The notes under the pieces were generated by a model that was not told the DNA's origin, made no database searches, and worked only from the letters and a program-made list of their open reading frames with translations. Source: Nitrosopumilus sp. (lineage in GTDB: Archaea > Thermoproteota > Nitrososphaeria > Nitrososphaerales > Nitrosopumilaceae). From it: DNA of 64,000 bases. The DNA lies in assembly GCA_965249555.1 (NCBI GenBank), contig OZ252243.1:1472001-1536000 (forward strand), given 5' to 3'. This document shows positions 49,334 through 60,482 of this stretch, one piece after another (the first letter of the stretch is position 1; the number at the start of each line of letters is the position of its first letter). The position numbers and the translations under genes were made by a program.

Positions 49334-49963
49334 ATGGGATTGTGGCTATCGTGGATAAAATCCAATGAAACAGAACTCTTAACGATTCTTGATAATTTAG
49401 CAAAAAAAGCAGTTGAAACCTCTGAAGCAGTAGTGGTTTTATTCTCAGATCTAAACAATACTGAACATAGACAAAAAATCCATAAACTTGAAACTGAAGC
49501 AGATGTTTTAACACGTGATATATTTACAGAACTAAACAAGACATTCATCACTCCTCTAGATCGTGAGGACATGCAAAGAATTGCATCAAAAATTGATGAT
49601 GTAATTGATTTCATGGATGGTATTGCTGCAAGAGTATACAGCTACCACATCAATACTGCTCCCCCATACTGTGAAGAAATGGCCAAGGAACTAGTCAAAG
49701 CCACAAAAGAAGTCGAGTATATGGTTTCAAAGCTAAAACACATCAAAAATACTAAAGACATGATTCAACACTGTAGGAATACTAGTGACATTGAACATGC
49801 TGTAGATGATCTGTACAGAGAAGCTATACGAGAACTATTTGAAAGTGATGATGCAATCAAAATCATTAAACTAAAAGATATCTATGAAACAATGGAAACT
49901 GCATCAGACAGATGTGTAGATGTTGCAGATGTCATTGAAGATATCGTTCTAAAATATACTTGA
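49334..49963 (+). CDS. DUF47 PhoU-like phosphate transport regulator
   Basis: E.EAD, FITPLDRED, E...D.C.D. Confidence 0.92.
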   Translation: MGLWLSWIKSNETELLTILDNLAKKAVETSEAVVVLFSDLNNTEHRQKIHKLETEADVLTRDIFTELNKTFITPLDREDMQRIASKIDDVIDFMDGIAARVYSYHINTAPPYCEEMAKELVKATKEVEYMVSKLKHIKNTKDMIQHCRNTSDIEHAVDDLYREAIRELFESDDAIKIIKLKDIYETMETASDRCVDVADVIEDIVLKYT

Positions 49964-49970
49964 TGGTTCT

Positions 49971-50957
49971 ATGATTGAAATAGCAATAGCTGCAATAATC
50001 ATTGCATTAATATTTGATTTTGTAAATGGATTCAATGATTCAGCCAATTCTATTGCCACAGTTATTGGAACACGTGTTTTAAAACCAATTCATGCAGTAA
50101 CCTTATCTGCATCCATGAATTTTGTAGGTCCTTTTGTTTTTGGTGTTGCAGTTGCTACAACTATTGCAAAAGGAATTGTGAGTCCAGATGACATTACTGT
50201 TTATATGATTATAGGTGGCTTGGCAGGTGCAATTGGTTGGAGTACATTATGTACATATTTTGGATTACCAATTTCTAATAGTCATTCTCTAGTTGGTGGA
50301 ATTATGGGAGCAGGTATTGCAGGATTAGGTTTTGAAACATTAGTTCTTGGTGGTCTTAGTAAAATTTTTACAGGAATAGTCATTGCTCCGATAGGTGGAC
50401 TGATTTTTGGTCTTTTACTTACTGGATTAATAATTACAATATTTGCTAATCGTAGACCTACAGTTGTGAACAAAACTTTTGGTAGATTGCAAATAATTTC
50501 GTCTGCTTGGTTTGCTCTAACTCATGGAGCAAATGATGGACAAAAAACTATGGGAATTATTGTTCTAATTTTGTTTTCAGCTGGAATGATTCCTGAACTT
50601 GAAATGCCACTATGGGTAATCTTTGCAGCTGCCGCTGCAATGGGATTGGGCACTTTCTTTGGTGGATACAAAGTCATTAAAACACTTGGTATGAAAATTA
50701 CAAAACTCAAACCATATCAGGGATTTGCAGCAGAAACTGGAGGTGGATTGATGTTGGCAATTTTTGCCACATTGGGGATTCCTGCAAGTACAACTCATGC
50801 TATTACTGGTACCATTATGGGTGCTGGTGCTGCACGAAGAAAACGTGCCGTGCGTTGGAAGGTAGGTAGGCAAATTGTTTTTGCTTGGATTATTACTATT
50901 CCTGGCAGTGCTGCACTTGGAATTGCATTTACTTATGCGATTCATCTGTTTGTTTGA
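49971..50957 (+). CDS. pit: PiT-family inorganic phosphate transporter
   Basis: GFNDSANS and HGANDGQK. Confidence 0.95.
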   Translation: MIEIAIAAIIIALIFDFVNGFNDSANSIATVIGTRVLKPIHAVTLSASMNFVGPFVFGVAVATTIAKGIVSPDDITVYMIIGGLAGAIGWSTLCTYFGLPISNSHSLVGGIMGAGIAGLGFETLVLGGLSKIFTGIVIAPIGGLIFGLLLTGLIITIFANRRPTVVNKTFGRLQIISSAWFALTHGANDGQKTMGIIVLILFSAGMIPELEMPLWVIFAAAAAMGLGTFFGGYKVIKTLGMKITKLKPYQGFAAETGGGLMLAIFATLGIPASTTHAITGTIMGAGAARRKRAVRWKVGRQIVFAWIITIPGSAALGIAFTYAIHLFV

Positions 50958-51010
50958 TTTTTGCCAATACCTTGGTTTTTATTTCAGCAATTTTTTTTTG
51001 AAATATTCAA

Positions 51011-52096
51011 ATGGAAATTTTACAATTAATACAATCAAATCTTCTTACCCCGATAATTCTGTTCTTTTTGTTTGGAATTATCGCTGCCAGAATAAAGTCT
51101 GATTTAAAAATCCCTGAAGCAATTTCAGAATTTTTACCAATCTATCTTCTTGCAGCAATAGGACTTCATGGTGGAATAGAGATGAGAAATACTGGCTTTG
51201 AGAATATGCTAATCCCCATGGTTGTTGCAATTGGAATTTCGCTTTTGTTTACTTTGAATCATTATCAAATTTTGAGAAGATTAGGAAAATTCAACCTCTT
51301 TGATTCGTATGCATTAGCATCAACTTATGGTGCAGTAGGTGCAGTGACTTTCTCTGTTGGTCTGTCGTTTCTCAAGAACCAAGGTGTCACATCTGAGGGA
51401 TATCTTGCAGCTATTCTGGCAGTATTGGAGCCTGTTGCCTTTATCATGGCAATATTTTTGACAAACATGGCAGTTGCAAAACAAATTCGTGCAAAAAAAC
51501 AGTCTTTCACAAATGATGATGTGTCTGATATTGATATGGGGATGCAAGCAACAAAGACAAAACTTTCTCAAGTATTGCATGAATCAATTACTGGTAAGGC
51601 AATAGTCATTCTACTTGGATGTATTGTTATAGGTTACATAATTGGTGAGGATGGTTTTAGCTCAATCAAAATTGTGTTTGATGGGATGTTTACGGGCGCC
51701 ATTGTTATTTTTATGATTGAGATGGGTATTATTGCTGGTCAAAGACTTGATGATCTCAAAAAAGTTGGTGTTTTTCTTATTGCATTTGCTATAATTATGC
51801 CAACCTTTAATGGAGTTATTGGTGTTTTAGTTGCAACTGCCATGGGATTAAGTTTAGGTGGTGCAGTTATGTTTGGATTGCTTTTGGCTAGTGCATCATT
51901 TATTGCAGCACCTGCTGTATTGCGCAATGCAATCCCAGAGGCAAAACCAAGTCTTTACATTACCTCTGCATTAGGAATTACATTTCCTTACAACATTATC
52001 GTCTTACTGCCTATCATGTTTATTGTCTCATCTATCACACATAATGTAGAAGGATCGATAGACTTATTCCATTACATCACACAGGATTGGATATGA
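51011..52096 (+). CDS. sbtA: Sodium-dependent bicarbonate transporter
   Basis: IKSDLKIP, YGAVGAVTF, SASFIAAP, LGITFP.NI. Confidence 0.9.
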   Translation: MEILQLIQSNLLTPIILFFLFGIIAARIKSDLKIPEAISEFLPIYLLAAIGLHGGIEMRNTGFENMLIPMVVAIGISLLFTLNHYQILRRLGKFNLFDSYALASTYGAVGAVTFSVGLSFLKNQGVTSEGYLAAILAVLEPVAFIMAIFLTNMAVAKQIRAKKQSFTNDDVSDIDMGMQATKTKLSQVLHESITGKAIVILLGCIVIGYIIGEDGFSSIKIVFDGMFTGAIVIFMIEMGIIAGQRLDDLKKVGVFLIAFAIIMPTFNGVIGVLVATAMGLSLGGAVMFGLLLASASFIAAPAVLRNAIPEAKPSLYITSALGITFPYNIIVLLPIMFIVSSITHNVEGSIDLFHYITQDWI

Positions 52097-52395
52097 AACT
52101 CTATAACGTAAAATTACTTACCATCACTTGCGAAATTCTTGCACAAAAAAATATCATTGAAATTTTAAAAAAACATGACATTACTGGATATACAACTTTT
52201 GAAGTAGAAGGAAATGGAGCACGTGGTTTACGTGGTCAAGGTTTAAAAAATGAAAAAAATGCTAAAGTTGAAGTAATTATGAGAGAAGATAAATTATCTG
52301 ATATCGTTGAGGAGATCTCAAGAACAATGTTTGCCAATTTTGCTTTAGTACTTTATGTGAGTGATGTTAGCGTAGTGAGAACTGAAAAATTTTAA
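52093..52395 (+). CDS. sbtB: PII-like regulator of SbtA
   Basis: GYT...V.G.G.RG, V.V.R.EKF; overlaps sbtA. Confidence 0.88.
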   Translation: MKLYNVKLLTITCEILAQKNIIEILKKHDITGYTTFEVEGNGARGLRGQGLKNEKNAKVEVIMREDKLSDIVEEISRTMFANFALVLYVSDVSVVRTEKF

Positions 52396-52691
52396 CAGCA
52401 AGCATCATCCGAACACAGAACTGGAATTTTCTTACTTGTCTTTGTGACATTTGATATTAGTTCTGATAATTGATTGTTTGAGATTGTATACATTGCTTTT
52501 TTTCCTTCATCTCTTGATTTGACAATCCCGCATTTCTTCAATGTTTTTAGATGATGTGACACTAGGGGTTGGTCTTTTTTTAATTTCTTAACAAAATCAT
52601 TTACGCAGAGTTCCTTGTTTTTTTGTAACAATTCTAAAATCTCAAATCTTGTTTCATCACAAATACACTTTAAAAGACTAATTCCATTCAT
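52392..52691 (-). CDS. arsR: ArsR/SmtB-family repressor
   Basis: ELCV, VSHHL..L; C-terminal CC. Confidence 0.85.
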   Translation of the reverse strand: MNGISLLKCICDETRFEILELLQKNKELCVNDFVKKLKKDQPLVSHHLKTLKKCGIVKSRDEGKKAMYTISNNQLSELISNVTKTSKKIPVLCSDDACC

Positions 52692-52732
52692 ATCAATTTA
52701 AATTTATATAAACTGATATTTATATTATTTCT

Positions 52733-53140
52733 GTGGTTGATTCTGCAAATATTCTATTTGTGTGCGTAGAAAATGCTGGACGAAGCCAAATGGCTGAGGC
52801 ATTTTTCAAAAAATATGCACCAAAAAAATTCAATGCCATTAGTGCTGGAACAATTCCTTCATCTCAACTAAATCCATTGGTTGTTAAAGTTATGAAAGAG
52901 ATTGGAATTGATCTTGATGATCAACAACCCAAATTATTGTCGAACAATATGATTGAAAATTCTTTTAAAACTATCAACATGGGATGTATGGATAAAGAAT
53001 CTTGCCCATCATTATTTGTTAATGATGTACTTGATTGGAATATTTTTGATCCAAAAGAAAAAACATTAGATGAGGTGCAAAAAATTCGTGATACAATTAA
53101 AACTAAAGTAATGAATCTTATTAATTCACTTGAGGAATAA
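52733..53140 (+). CDS. arsC: Arsenate reductase (LMW-PTP fold)
   Basis: CVENAGRSQMAE, GC....CP, W...DP. Confidence 0.88.
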   Translation: MVDSANILFVCVENAGRSQMAEAFFKKYAPKKFNAISAGTIPSSQLNPLVVKVMKEIGIDLDDQQPKLLSNNMIENSFKTINMGCMDKESCPSLFVNDVLDWNIFDPKEKTLDEVQKIRDTIKTKVMNLINSLEE

Positions 53141-53143
53141 CTA

Positions 53144-53827
53144 ATGGTATATTCTAACTTACAAATTTTTATTGTAGAGTTGGTTGGAACTTTTCTTCTT
53201 GTAGTTTTTGCTACTGGTTCAATTGTTTATGATGCTAAAGTATTTGATGGGGGTCTAGGAGTTCCGTTTGCAGCTATTGCACCATTCATTGCATTATTAA
53301 TTGGCGTGTATGCTTTTGGAAAAATATCTCTGGCACATTTTAATCCCGCAGTAACTATTGGTTATTACATTACAGGACATATTACAAAAATTCAAGTGCT
53401 ATATTATTTTGTAGCAGAAATAATTGGTGCACTATTAGGTTCTCTATTTGTTCTAAGTTTTGTTGGAGACAATGCAGATCTTGGTGCAAATGCCCCAAAC
53501 TATGATTTTTCAATATTTATCATATTTCCAGTTGAAGTATTAGCTTCTGCAATGCTTATGGGTGTAATATTTTATGTTGTATATACAAAAGGTTTGAAAG
53601 GATTTAGTGGTGTTGCAATTGGTGGAATAGTAGGTTTAGATATTTTATTTCTGGCATTTATTTCTGGAGCGTCAATGAATCCTGCTCGAGCGCTTGCACC
53701 AGCATTACTATCTACTACCTTAGATAATCTGTGGATATATTTGACTGCACCATTTGTTGGAACAATTATAGCAGCATTTCTATTTCGTGGCAAATTCCAA
53801 GCCCAAAGAGCCTCAAATTACGAATAA
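53144..53827 (+). CDS. MIP/aquaporin family channel
   Basis: HFNPAVT and SMNPAR. Confidence 0.93.
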   Translation: MVYSNLQIFIVELVGTFLLVVFATGSIVYDAKVFDGGLGVPFAAIAPFIALLIGVYAFGKISLAHFNPAVTIGYYITGHITKIQVLYYFVAEIIGALLGSLFVLSFVGDNADLGANAPNYDFSIFIIFPVEVLASAMLMGVIFYVVYTKGLKGFSGVAIGGIVGLDILFLAFISGASMNPARALAPALLSTTLDNLWIYLTAPFVGTIIAAFLFRGKFQAQRASNYE

Positions 53828-53852
53828 TAATGAGCCATAATACTGCTGAATA

Positions 53853-55130
53853 TTGTCAAACTCCAAGAAACTATTCAATAATGCCAAAAAAGTGATTCCC
53901 TCAGGCGTTAATAGTCCTGTTAGATATTTTGAACCATATCCATTCTTCACAAAAAAAGCCAACGGTGCATACATTTGGGATGAAGACAATAATCGTTACA
54001 TCGATTTCTGCAATGGCTATGGTGCATTACTTTTGGGACATGGAAGAAAAGAAATAATTCAATCTGTTTCAAAGCAATTATCAAAAGGTACTCTTTATTG
54101 TACTCCCACCGAAGCTGAAATAGAACTATCAAAATTAATTATTGGAAATTTTTCATCCATTGACAAAGTACGATTGGTAAATACCGGTGGTGAGGCTACA
54201 ATGACTGCAATCAGATTGGCTCGTGGATTTACAAAAAAGAAAAAAATAATAAAATTTGAAGGATGCTATCATGGTGCACATGACTCTGTTTTAGTAAAAG
54301 CAGGTTCTGGTTCTGCACATAATGGAATTTCAGTTTCTGATGGTGTACTTGATGATGTCTCAAAAAATACTCTAGTTGTTCAGTACAATAACATTGAAGA
54401 TTTCAAAAAAACAATCAGACAAAACAAAGACATTGCAGGAGTTATTGTTGAGCCAATTTTAGCTAACATGGGCTTAATCTTACCTGAAAAGAATTTCCTT
54501 TATGATCTGAGAAAAATTACTAAAGAAAATAATATTCCGTTAATTTTTGATGAAGTAGTTACTGGATTTAGAGTAGCACCTGGTGGTGCCCAAGAACATT
54601 TTGGAATCAAGCCCGACATTACTACACTTGCCAAAGCACTAAGCAATGGATTTACAATATCTGCAGTTGGTGGAAGAAAAGAGATTATGGATTTATTATC
54701 TCCTGGAGGTAAAGTCTATCAAGCAAGTACTTTTGCTGGCAATCCTATCTCTGTTAGTGCTGCAATTAGTTCTATTAAGACAATTAACAAAATCAAAAAC
54801 AAACTTTATTCAAAACTTGAAAGATTCAATCTGTTATTCACTACAGCCCTAGATGATATGGCTACAGATATGGGAATTCCTCATCAAATCAATTTTGCAG
54901 CATCAATGTTTCAGATTTTCTTTACAAACAAGCCTGTTATTGACTATGAGACATCAAAAAATGCAAATGCCAAAAAATTCCAAAAAATGTTTAACACCTT
55001 ACTAAAAAAAGGAATATTCATTGCACCTTCTCAGTTTGAAGTTGTTTTCTTCTCTGATGCTCATACTGAAAATGATCTAAACAAAACACTTGACGCATAT
55101 CATGCTGCATTAAAATCGGTGAAAAATTGA
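53853..55130 (+). CDS. hemL: Glutamate-1-semialdehyde 2,1-aminomutase
   Basis: GVNSPVR, FEGCYHG, FDEVVTGFR. Confidence 0.96.
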   Translation: MSNSKKLFNNAKKVIPSGVNSPVRYFEPYPFFTKKANGAYIWDEDNNRYIDFCNGYGALLLGHGRKEIIQSVSKQLSKGTLYCTPTEAEIELSKLIIGNFSSIDKVRLVNTGGEATMTAIRLARGFTKKKKIIKFEGCYHGAHDSVLVKAGSGSAHNGISVSDGVLDDVSKNTLVVQYNNIEDFKKTIRQNKDIAGVIVEPILANMGLILPEKNFLYDLRKITKENNIPLIFDEVVTGFRVAPGGAQEHFGIKPDITTLAKALSNGFTISAVGGRKEIMDLLSPGGKVYQASTFAGNPISVSAAISSIKTINKIKNKLYSKLERFNLLFTTALDDMATDMGIPHQINFAASMFQIFFTNKPVIDYETSKNANAKKFQKMFNTLLKKGIFIAPSQFEVVFFSDAHTENDLNKTLDAYHAALKSVKN

Positions 55131-56062
55131 AGTACATAGTAGGTGCACGAGGAAGTCAATTATCTGTAGCCCAGACAAATTGGGTTATTGCAGAACTAAA
55201 AAAAGTAAACTCTGATTCGGAATATGAAATTAAAACCATTACCACAAAAGGTGATACTGATACTAGACCATTATTTACAATAGACCAAAAAGGAATTTTT
55301 GAAAAAGAGATTGATAGAGCAGTTGCACAAAAGGAAGTAGATTTTGCTGTTCATAGTCTCAAAGATGTTCCTTCAGAAATAGATGACAGTCTTACTTTGG
55401 CTTGTATTCCAAAGCGTGAAGTAGTTAATGATATCTTTATTTCCTCAGATGGCTCAACACTTGAGACCATCAAACCAGGAGCAGTAATTGGAACAAGCTC
55501 ACTTCGACGTGCTGTGCAAGTGATTCAAAAGAGATCTGATGTAATAGTTAAACCAATTCGAGGAAATATTGAAACAAGAATTAGAAAAGCATCAGAAGAA
55601 AATTATGATGCAGTAATACTTGCACAAGCTGGAATCACTCGATTAGGAGTTGATGTAAAGTTTACTCCATTGTCAATTGATGATTTTTCTCCATCACCTG
55701 GTCAGGGTGCAATTGCAATAGTTGCAAGAGCAGATGATTCTCAAACGATTTCAATGCTGAAAAAAATTGAAAATGCAAATTCTAGATTAGAGATTGAAGC
55801 AGAACGTGCTTTGTCAGACTTTGTTGATTCTGGATGCCGATTCCCAGTTGGTGCATATGCAAAATCAAATGGTTCTAAAATGACACTAACTGTAATGGCA
55901 TTTTCTGTAGATGGGAAAAAATCCATACAAGTAAGCAAGACTGGGAACAAAAAAGATCCGAAATCTCTTGGTAAAAGTGCTGGAGAGGAGCTACGTGAGA
56001 AAGGCGTAAATGAACTTGCATTAAATTGGAGAGAAAAAGTGGAGGAATGGAATAAGACATGA
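55127..56062 (+). CDS. hemC: Hydroxymethylbilane synthase
   Basis: RGS.L...Q, AVHSLKD, GTSSLRR, RGN..TR. Confidence 0.96.
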   Translation: MKYIVGARGSQLSVAQTNWVIAELKKVNSDSEYEIKTITTKGDTDTRPLFTIDQKGIFEKEIDRAVAQKEVDFAVHSLKDVPSEIDDSLTLACIPKREVVNDIFISSDGSTLETIKPGAVIGTSSLRRAVQVIQKRSDVIVKPIRGNIETRIRKASEENYDAVILAQAGITRLGVDVKFTPLSIDDFSPSPGQGAIAIVARADDSQTISMLKKIENANSRLEIEAERALSDFVDSGCRFPVGAYAKSNGSKMTLTVMAFSVDGKKSIQVSKTGNKKDPKSLGKSAGEELREKGVNELALNWREKVEEWNKT

Positions 56063-56799
56063 CCGGTAAAGTGTATCTTGTTGGAGCAGGTCCTGGAGAT
56101 AGTAAATTAATTACATTGCGAGCAGTTGAGTTACTCAAAAAAGCAGATGTTGTCTTGTATGATAGATTGGTAAGCAAAAAAATTATCTCCATGATACCAA
56201 AATCTGCTAAAAAAGTCTATGTTGGACGAGCAGTAGGAGATGACACAACTCATCAAATTACAACTAATGATTTAATGCTACAATATGCAAAGTCTAAAAA
56301 AAATATAGTTAGACTAAAGGGCGGTGATCCAATAATATTTGGCCGCGGTGGAGAAGAAGCAGAATTTCTCAAAGAAAATAAAGTAAAATATGAAATAGTT
56401 CCTGGAATTACTTCTGGAATTGGCTCTGCAACTTATGCTGGAATTCCTCTTACTCACAGAAAACACTCATCATCAGTAGTGTTTGTTACAGGGCATGAAG
56501 ATCCTGAAAAGAAAAAAGAGATTGTAAAATGGACCAAACTTGCAAAATCTGTTGATACTATTGTGATAATGATGGGATTATCAAGAATTGATATTATATG
56601 CAAGCAACTAATATCTGGTGGAATGGCCAAAAATACTCCAGTAGCTGTAATTCAAAATGGAACTACTCCTAAACAAAAAATGATTAAAGGAACAGTAACA
56701 AACATTGCAAAAAAAATCAAAGCAAACAAGATTACTCCTCCAAGTAACATCATTATTGGTAAAGTAGTTGATTTGTCAGACACTATAGGGTGGAAATAA
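56059..56799 (+). CDS. cobA: Uroporphyrinogen-III C-methyltransferase
   Basis: LVGAGPGD, RLKGGDP..FGRGGEE. Confidence 0.95.
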   Translation: MTGKVYLVGAGPGDSKLITLRAVELLKKADVVLYDRLVSKKIISMIPKSAKKVYVGRAVGDDTTHQITTNDLMLQYAKSKKNIVRLKGGDPIIFGRGGEEAEFLKENKVKYEIVPGITSGIGSATYAGIPLTHRKHSSSVVFVTGHEDPEKKKEIVKWTKLAKSVDTIVIMMGLSRIDIICKQLISGGMAKNTPVAVIQNGTTPKQKMIKGTVTNIAKKIKANKITPPSNIIIGKVVDLSDTIGWK

Positions 56800-57599
56800 T
56801 GCTTGATGGAAAGACTGTTGCAATTACTCGCTCCAAAGATGATGCTACTGAATTTATTGCACTTGCACAACAGAATGGTGTAACACCAATTCCATTACCA
56901 ACTATTGAACTAGTTAGTAAGGGAGAAAAAATTGTTGATGAATTTTTGGAATCAATTAAACAATACAATCCTGATTATTCTGTTTTTATGAGCTCAAAAG
57001 CAGTCAAACTACTATTTGATACTGCAAAACAGGCTGGAAAGTATGACCAATTACAATTAGCAGTTGCAAATACTATTGTAATGTCAGTTGGACCAAAGAC
57101 CACCACTGCACTTGAGGGTGAGGGAATCAAGGTAAATCATCAACCTACTACATTTTCATCAGTTGGTGTTGGTGAGGAATTTACTAGTATTCATGCAGTG
57201 GGAAAAAAGGTAATCATTCCACGTAGTGGTGCATCCACCCCGTTTCTCAAAGAATTGTTAAACAAGATTGGAATTGATGTATTGGAAATTCATTTGTATG
57301 ATGTATGTGCATTTAGAGATACCACACAATGGAATGGATTCAGAGAATTGTTTTCTCAGAATAAAGTTGATGGTGTAGTGTTTACCAGTGCATCATCAGT
57401 TAGAGGATTCTTTGATATAATGTCAAAAGACTATGAAACAGAGACCTTACTTGACAATCTTGCAAAACTATCTGTAGTATCTATTGGACCATTTACTTCA
57501 GATGAATTAAAAAAATTCAAAGTAAAAAATACTGTTGCAGAAGTTCATACTGTTGCAGGTGCATTTGATGCAATGAAAAACACTTTGACTGTTGCATAA
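56799..57599 (+). CDS. hemD: Uroporphyrinogen-III synthase
   Basis: AITR, VG.KT, FTSASSV, IGP.T. Confidence 0.92.
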   Translation: MLDGKTVAITRSKDDATEFIALAQQNGVTPIPLPTIELVSKGEKIVDEFLESIKQYNPDYSVFMSSKAVKLLFDTAKQAGKYDQLQLAVANTIVMSVGPKTTTALEGEGIKVNHQPTTFSSVGVGEEFTSIHAVGKKVIIPRSGASTPFLKELLNKIGIDVLEIHLYDVCAFRDTTQWNGFRELFSQNKVDGVVFTSASSVRGFFDIMSKDYETETLLDNLAKLSVVSIGPFTSDELKKFKVKNTVAEVHTVAGAFDAMKNTLTVA

Positions 57600-57605
57600 T
57601 TTGAA

Positions 57606-58595
57606 TTATCTATACTCTCCACCACAGTCTCCAATTGTCTCAAAGAGATTGTTTGCTTTTGTTGTAACAGAAGATATTGCCAAAAGATCATCTGAATCTA
57701 ATTTTACATCAAATGCATTGAAATTATCTTTGATGTGCTCTGAAATTCCTAACCTTGCACCAATAATTACTCCTGCCACTGCTGGTCTGTCTAGGATGAA
57801 TCTTGTAGCAACATTTGCAATGCTACACTCATGTTTTTTTGAAATGGTATCTAACGTGCCTAGTAATTCTTGGAATAACTCCCATCCTCCCCATTCTTGA
57901 ATCATGTTGTAATATTTTTGAAGGCTTGCAGTATCAAGGTCTGCTCTAGTTGGCTCATCTGCTTTAAGGTATTTTTCAGAGAAAAATCCTCCAAGCAGTG
58001 TTCCATATGATAATATTTTGATTTCATGTTTTTGGCAAAATGGTACCATGAGTTTTTCTGCTCTTTGGTCTAGTATCGAATATTGTACTTGGTTTGTTAT
58101 TGGTGTAAATCCTTTATCAGTCATTATTTTGACTCTTTCTGTATCAAAGTTTGTTAGTCCCACATGTTTGATCTTTTCTTTAAGAGAAAACAAATGCTCA
58201 ATTACATCCATGTAACTAAGATCATTGTAATCCCACCAGTGAAATTGTACTAAATCTAAAGTGTCTGTATTCATTTTTTGCAAAGACTGGTCAATGTAAT
58301 ACTCTACAATGCTTTTTGACATTGGACCGGGATTTGGAACAAATTTTGTTAGTGCTTGAGTGTTTGCTATCTGATCAGAGTTTAATTCTCTTCCAAATTC
58401 TCCAATGAATGATTCTGCTGGTCCGTAAATGTCTGCCAAATCCCATGTAGTAAATCCATTATTGTGATAGTCAATCATTGATTTAATTGCCATTGGTTTG
58501 TCAATCTGCCCATGAGTTCCAGAGACTTGCCACATTCCATTTAAAATTCTGCAGATTTGTAGATTGTCTGCTAGATTGATAGTTTCTAGTTTCAC
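57606..58595 (-). CDS. Aldo/keto reductase
   Basis: G.WQ, D.ADIYG, DLVQFHW, GLTNF. Confidence 0.92.
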   Translation of the reverse strand: MKLETINLADNLQICRILNGMWQVSGTHGQIDKPMAIKSMIDYHNNGFTTWDLADIYGPAESFIGEFGRELNSDQIANTQALTKFVPNPGPMSKSIVEYYIDQSLQKMNTDTLDLVQFHWWDYNDLSYMDVIEHLFSLKEKIKHVGLTNFDTERVKIMTDKGFTPITNQVQYSILDQRAEKLMVPFCQKHEIKILSYGTLLGGFFSEKYLKADEPTRADLDTASLQKYYNMIQEWGGWELFQELLGTLDTISKKHECSIANVATRFILDRPAVAGVIIGARLGISEHIKDNFNAFDVKLDSDDLLAISSVTTKANNLFETIGDCGGEYR

Positions 58596-58726
58596 TGTTT
58601 TTGTTTGAATTTACTTTGTTCTAAACCTTGTTGATTTTACTCAAAAACTAGTATTCTGATATTATTAAGTTCATAGTTTTATAAAATAAAAGTTAAACTT
58701 AATACCCAAAATTTGATACATTACAT

Positions 58727-58963
58727 ATGGGAATATCATTCATCCTAGTTAATTGTGATATGGGACATGAACTTGAGACAATTGCAAAACTCAAAGAGTT
58801 ATGTGATAAAGTGCAAGGAACATATGGCATTTTTGATTTTATTTGTAAATTAAGATATGATGATATGGATTCCTTTGAGAAAACCCTACAAAAAATAAGA
58901 CGAATTGAAAAAATCACACATACAAATACAATTCATACCATACCCGAACAATCATCAAGTTGA
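58727..58963 (+). CDS. Lrp/AsnC ligand-binding-domain protein
   Basis: FILVN, TYG.FD, IR.I..I..T.T. Confidence 0.85.
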   Translation: MGISFILVNCDMGHELETIAKLKELCDKVQGTYGIFDFICKLRYDDMDSFEKTLQKIRRIEKITHTNTIHTIPEQSSS

Positions 58964-59060
58964 GCTTAAGTTAGATTCAATTTCCTAGAATTTAGCTCAA
59001 GCTATTTAGCTTTGCCTATTTTTACTCATGTATTTATAATATAACGGAGTTATTTTCCAT

Positions 59061-60461
59061 ATGGCTACTGAAAATCTTGACATGGATTATTCAAAATATG
59101 ATTTTAAAGACTCTACAGAAATGTATGTTCATCTTAGCAAAAAAGGTCTGTCTAAGAATACTGTCACTGAGATCAGTAAACTAAAAGACGAACCACAATG
59201 GATGCTTGATTTTAGACTACGTTCTTTTGAAATTTTTATGCAAAAACCAATGCCAACTTGGGGTGGCGATCTTACTTCTATTGATTTCCAAAATATCTAT
59301 TATTACATGAAAGCAACAGATAAGGTAGAAAAGAACTGGGATGATGTTCCAGAAAAGGTCAAAAATACTTTTGACAAACTTGGAATTCCAGAAGCTGAAA
59401 AGAAATTTTTGGCAGGTGTTGGTGCACAATATGAATCTGAAGTTGTATATCACAGTCTAAGAGAAGACTTGGCAAAACAAGGAGTTTTATTTTTGGATAC
59501 TGATGCAGCTCTAAAAGAACATCCCGAGCTTTTCAAGAAATACTTTGGCAAAATTATTCCTCCAGAGGACAACAAATTTGCAGCACTAAACAGTGCAGTT
59601 TGGAGTGGTGGTTCATTTATCTATATTCCACCTGGTGTCAAAGTCGATATGCCTTTACAAGCATACTTTAGAATTAATGCAGAAAACATTGGTCAGTTTG
59701 AAAGAACACTAATCATTGTAGATGAAGGTGCAGAAGTACATTACATTGAAGGTTGTACTGCTCCTGTTTACTCTTCAGAATCACTTCATTGTGCTGTTGT
59801 AGAACTAATTGCACACAAAGATGCAAAACTAAGATACACAACAATCCAAAACTGGAGTAGCGATGTTTACAATCTTGTAACAAAACGTGCTTATGCATAT
59901 GAAGGTGCAACAGTTGAATGGATTGATGGCAACATTGGAAGTAAATTAACAATGAAGTATCCTGGAATTTATCTAATGGGTGAGCGAGCATATGGTGAGA
60001 CATTATCAATTGCCTTTGCAGGTAAAGGACAACACCAAGATACAGGCGCAAAAATGGTTCACCTTGCACCAAATACAACTTCTAAAATCACATCAAAATC
60101 AGTTAGCAGATTAGATGGGCGTTCTACTTACAGAGGATTACTTAACGTAGCAAAAGGTGCTACAAATGTTAAAGCCACTGTAAGATGTGATGCATTACTA
60201 TTGGATGATACATCAAAGACTGAGACCTATCCGTACATGGAAATCAATCAAGACGATGCAACAATCACTCATGAAGCAACAGTTGGAAAAATTGGTGATG
60301 AACAAATTTTCTATCTTATGAGCAGAGGATTTACAGAAGAAGAATCACTAACACTAATTGTTAATGGATTCATGGAACCATTCACAAAAGAATTACCAAT
60401 GGAATATGCTGTAGAACTAAACAGACTCATTAAACTAGAAATGGATGACTCTGTGGGATAG
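59061..60461 (+). CDS. sufB: Fe-S assembly scaffold SufB
   Basis: GQFERTL, EGCTAP, YTTIQNW, HEA.V. Confidence 0.97.
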   Translation: MATENLDMDYSKYDFKDSTEMYVHLSKKGLSKNTVTEISKLKDEPQWMLDFRLRSFEIFMQKPMPTWGGDLTSIDFQNIYYYMKATDKVEKNWDDVPEKVKNTFDKLGIPEAEKKFLAGVGAQYESEVVYHSLREDLAKQGVLFLDTDAALKEHPELFKKYFGKIIPPEDNKFAALNSAVWSGGSFIYIPPGVKVDMPLQAYFRINAENIGQFERTLIIVDEGAEVHYIEGCTAPVYSSESLHCAVVELIAHKDAKLRYTTIQNWSSDVYNLVTKRAYAYEGATVEWIDGNIGSKLTMKYPGIYLMGERAYGETLSIAFAGKGQHQDTGAKMVHLAPNTTSKITSKSVSRLDGRSTYRGLLNVAKGATNVKATVRCDALLLDDTSKTETYPYMEINQDDATITHEATVGKIGDEQIFYLMSRGFTEEESLTLIVNGFMEPFTKELPMEYAVELNRLIKLEMDDSVG

Positions 60462-60482
60462 ACTCCCAATATTTGATTAACC

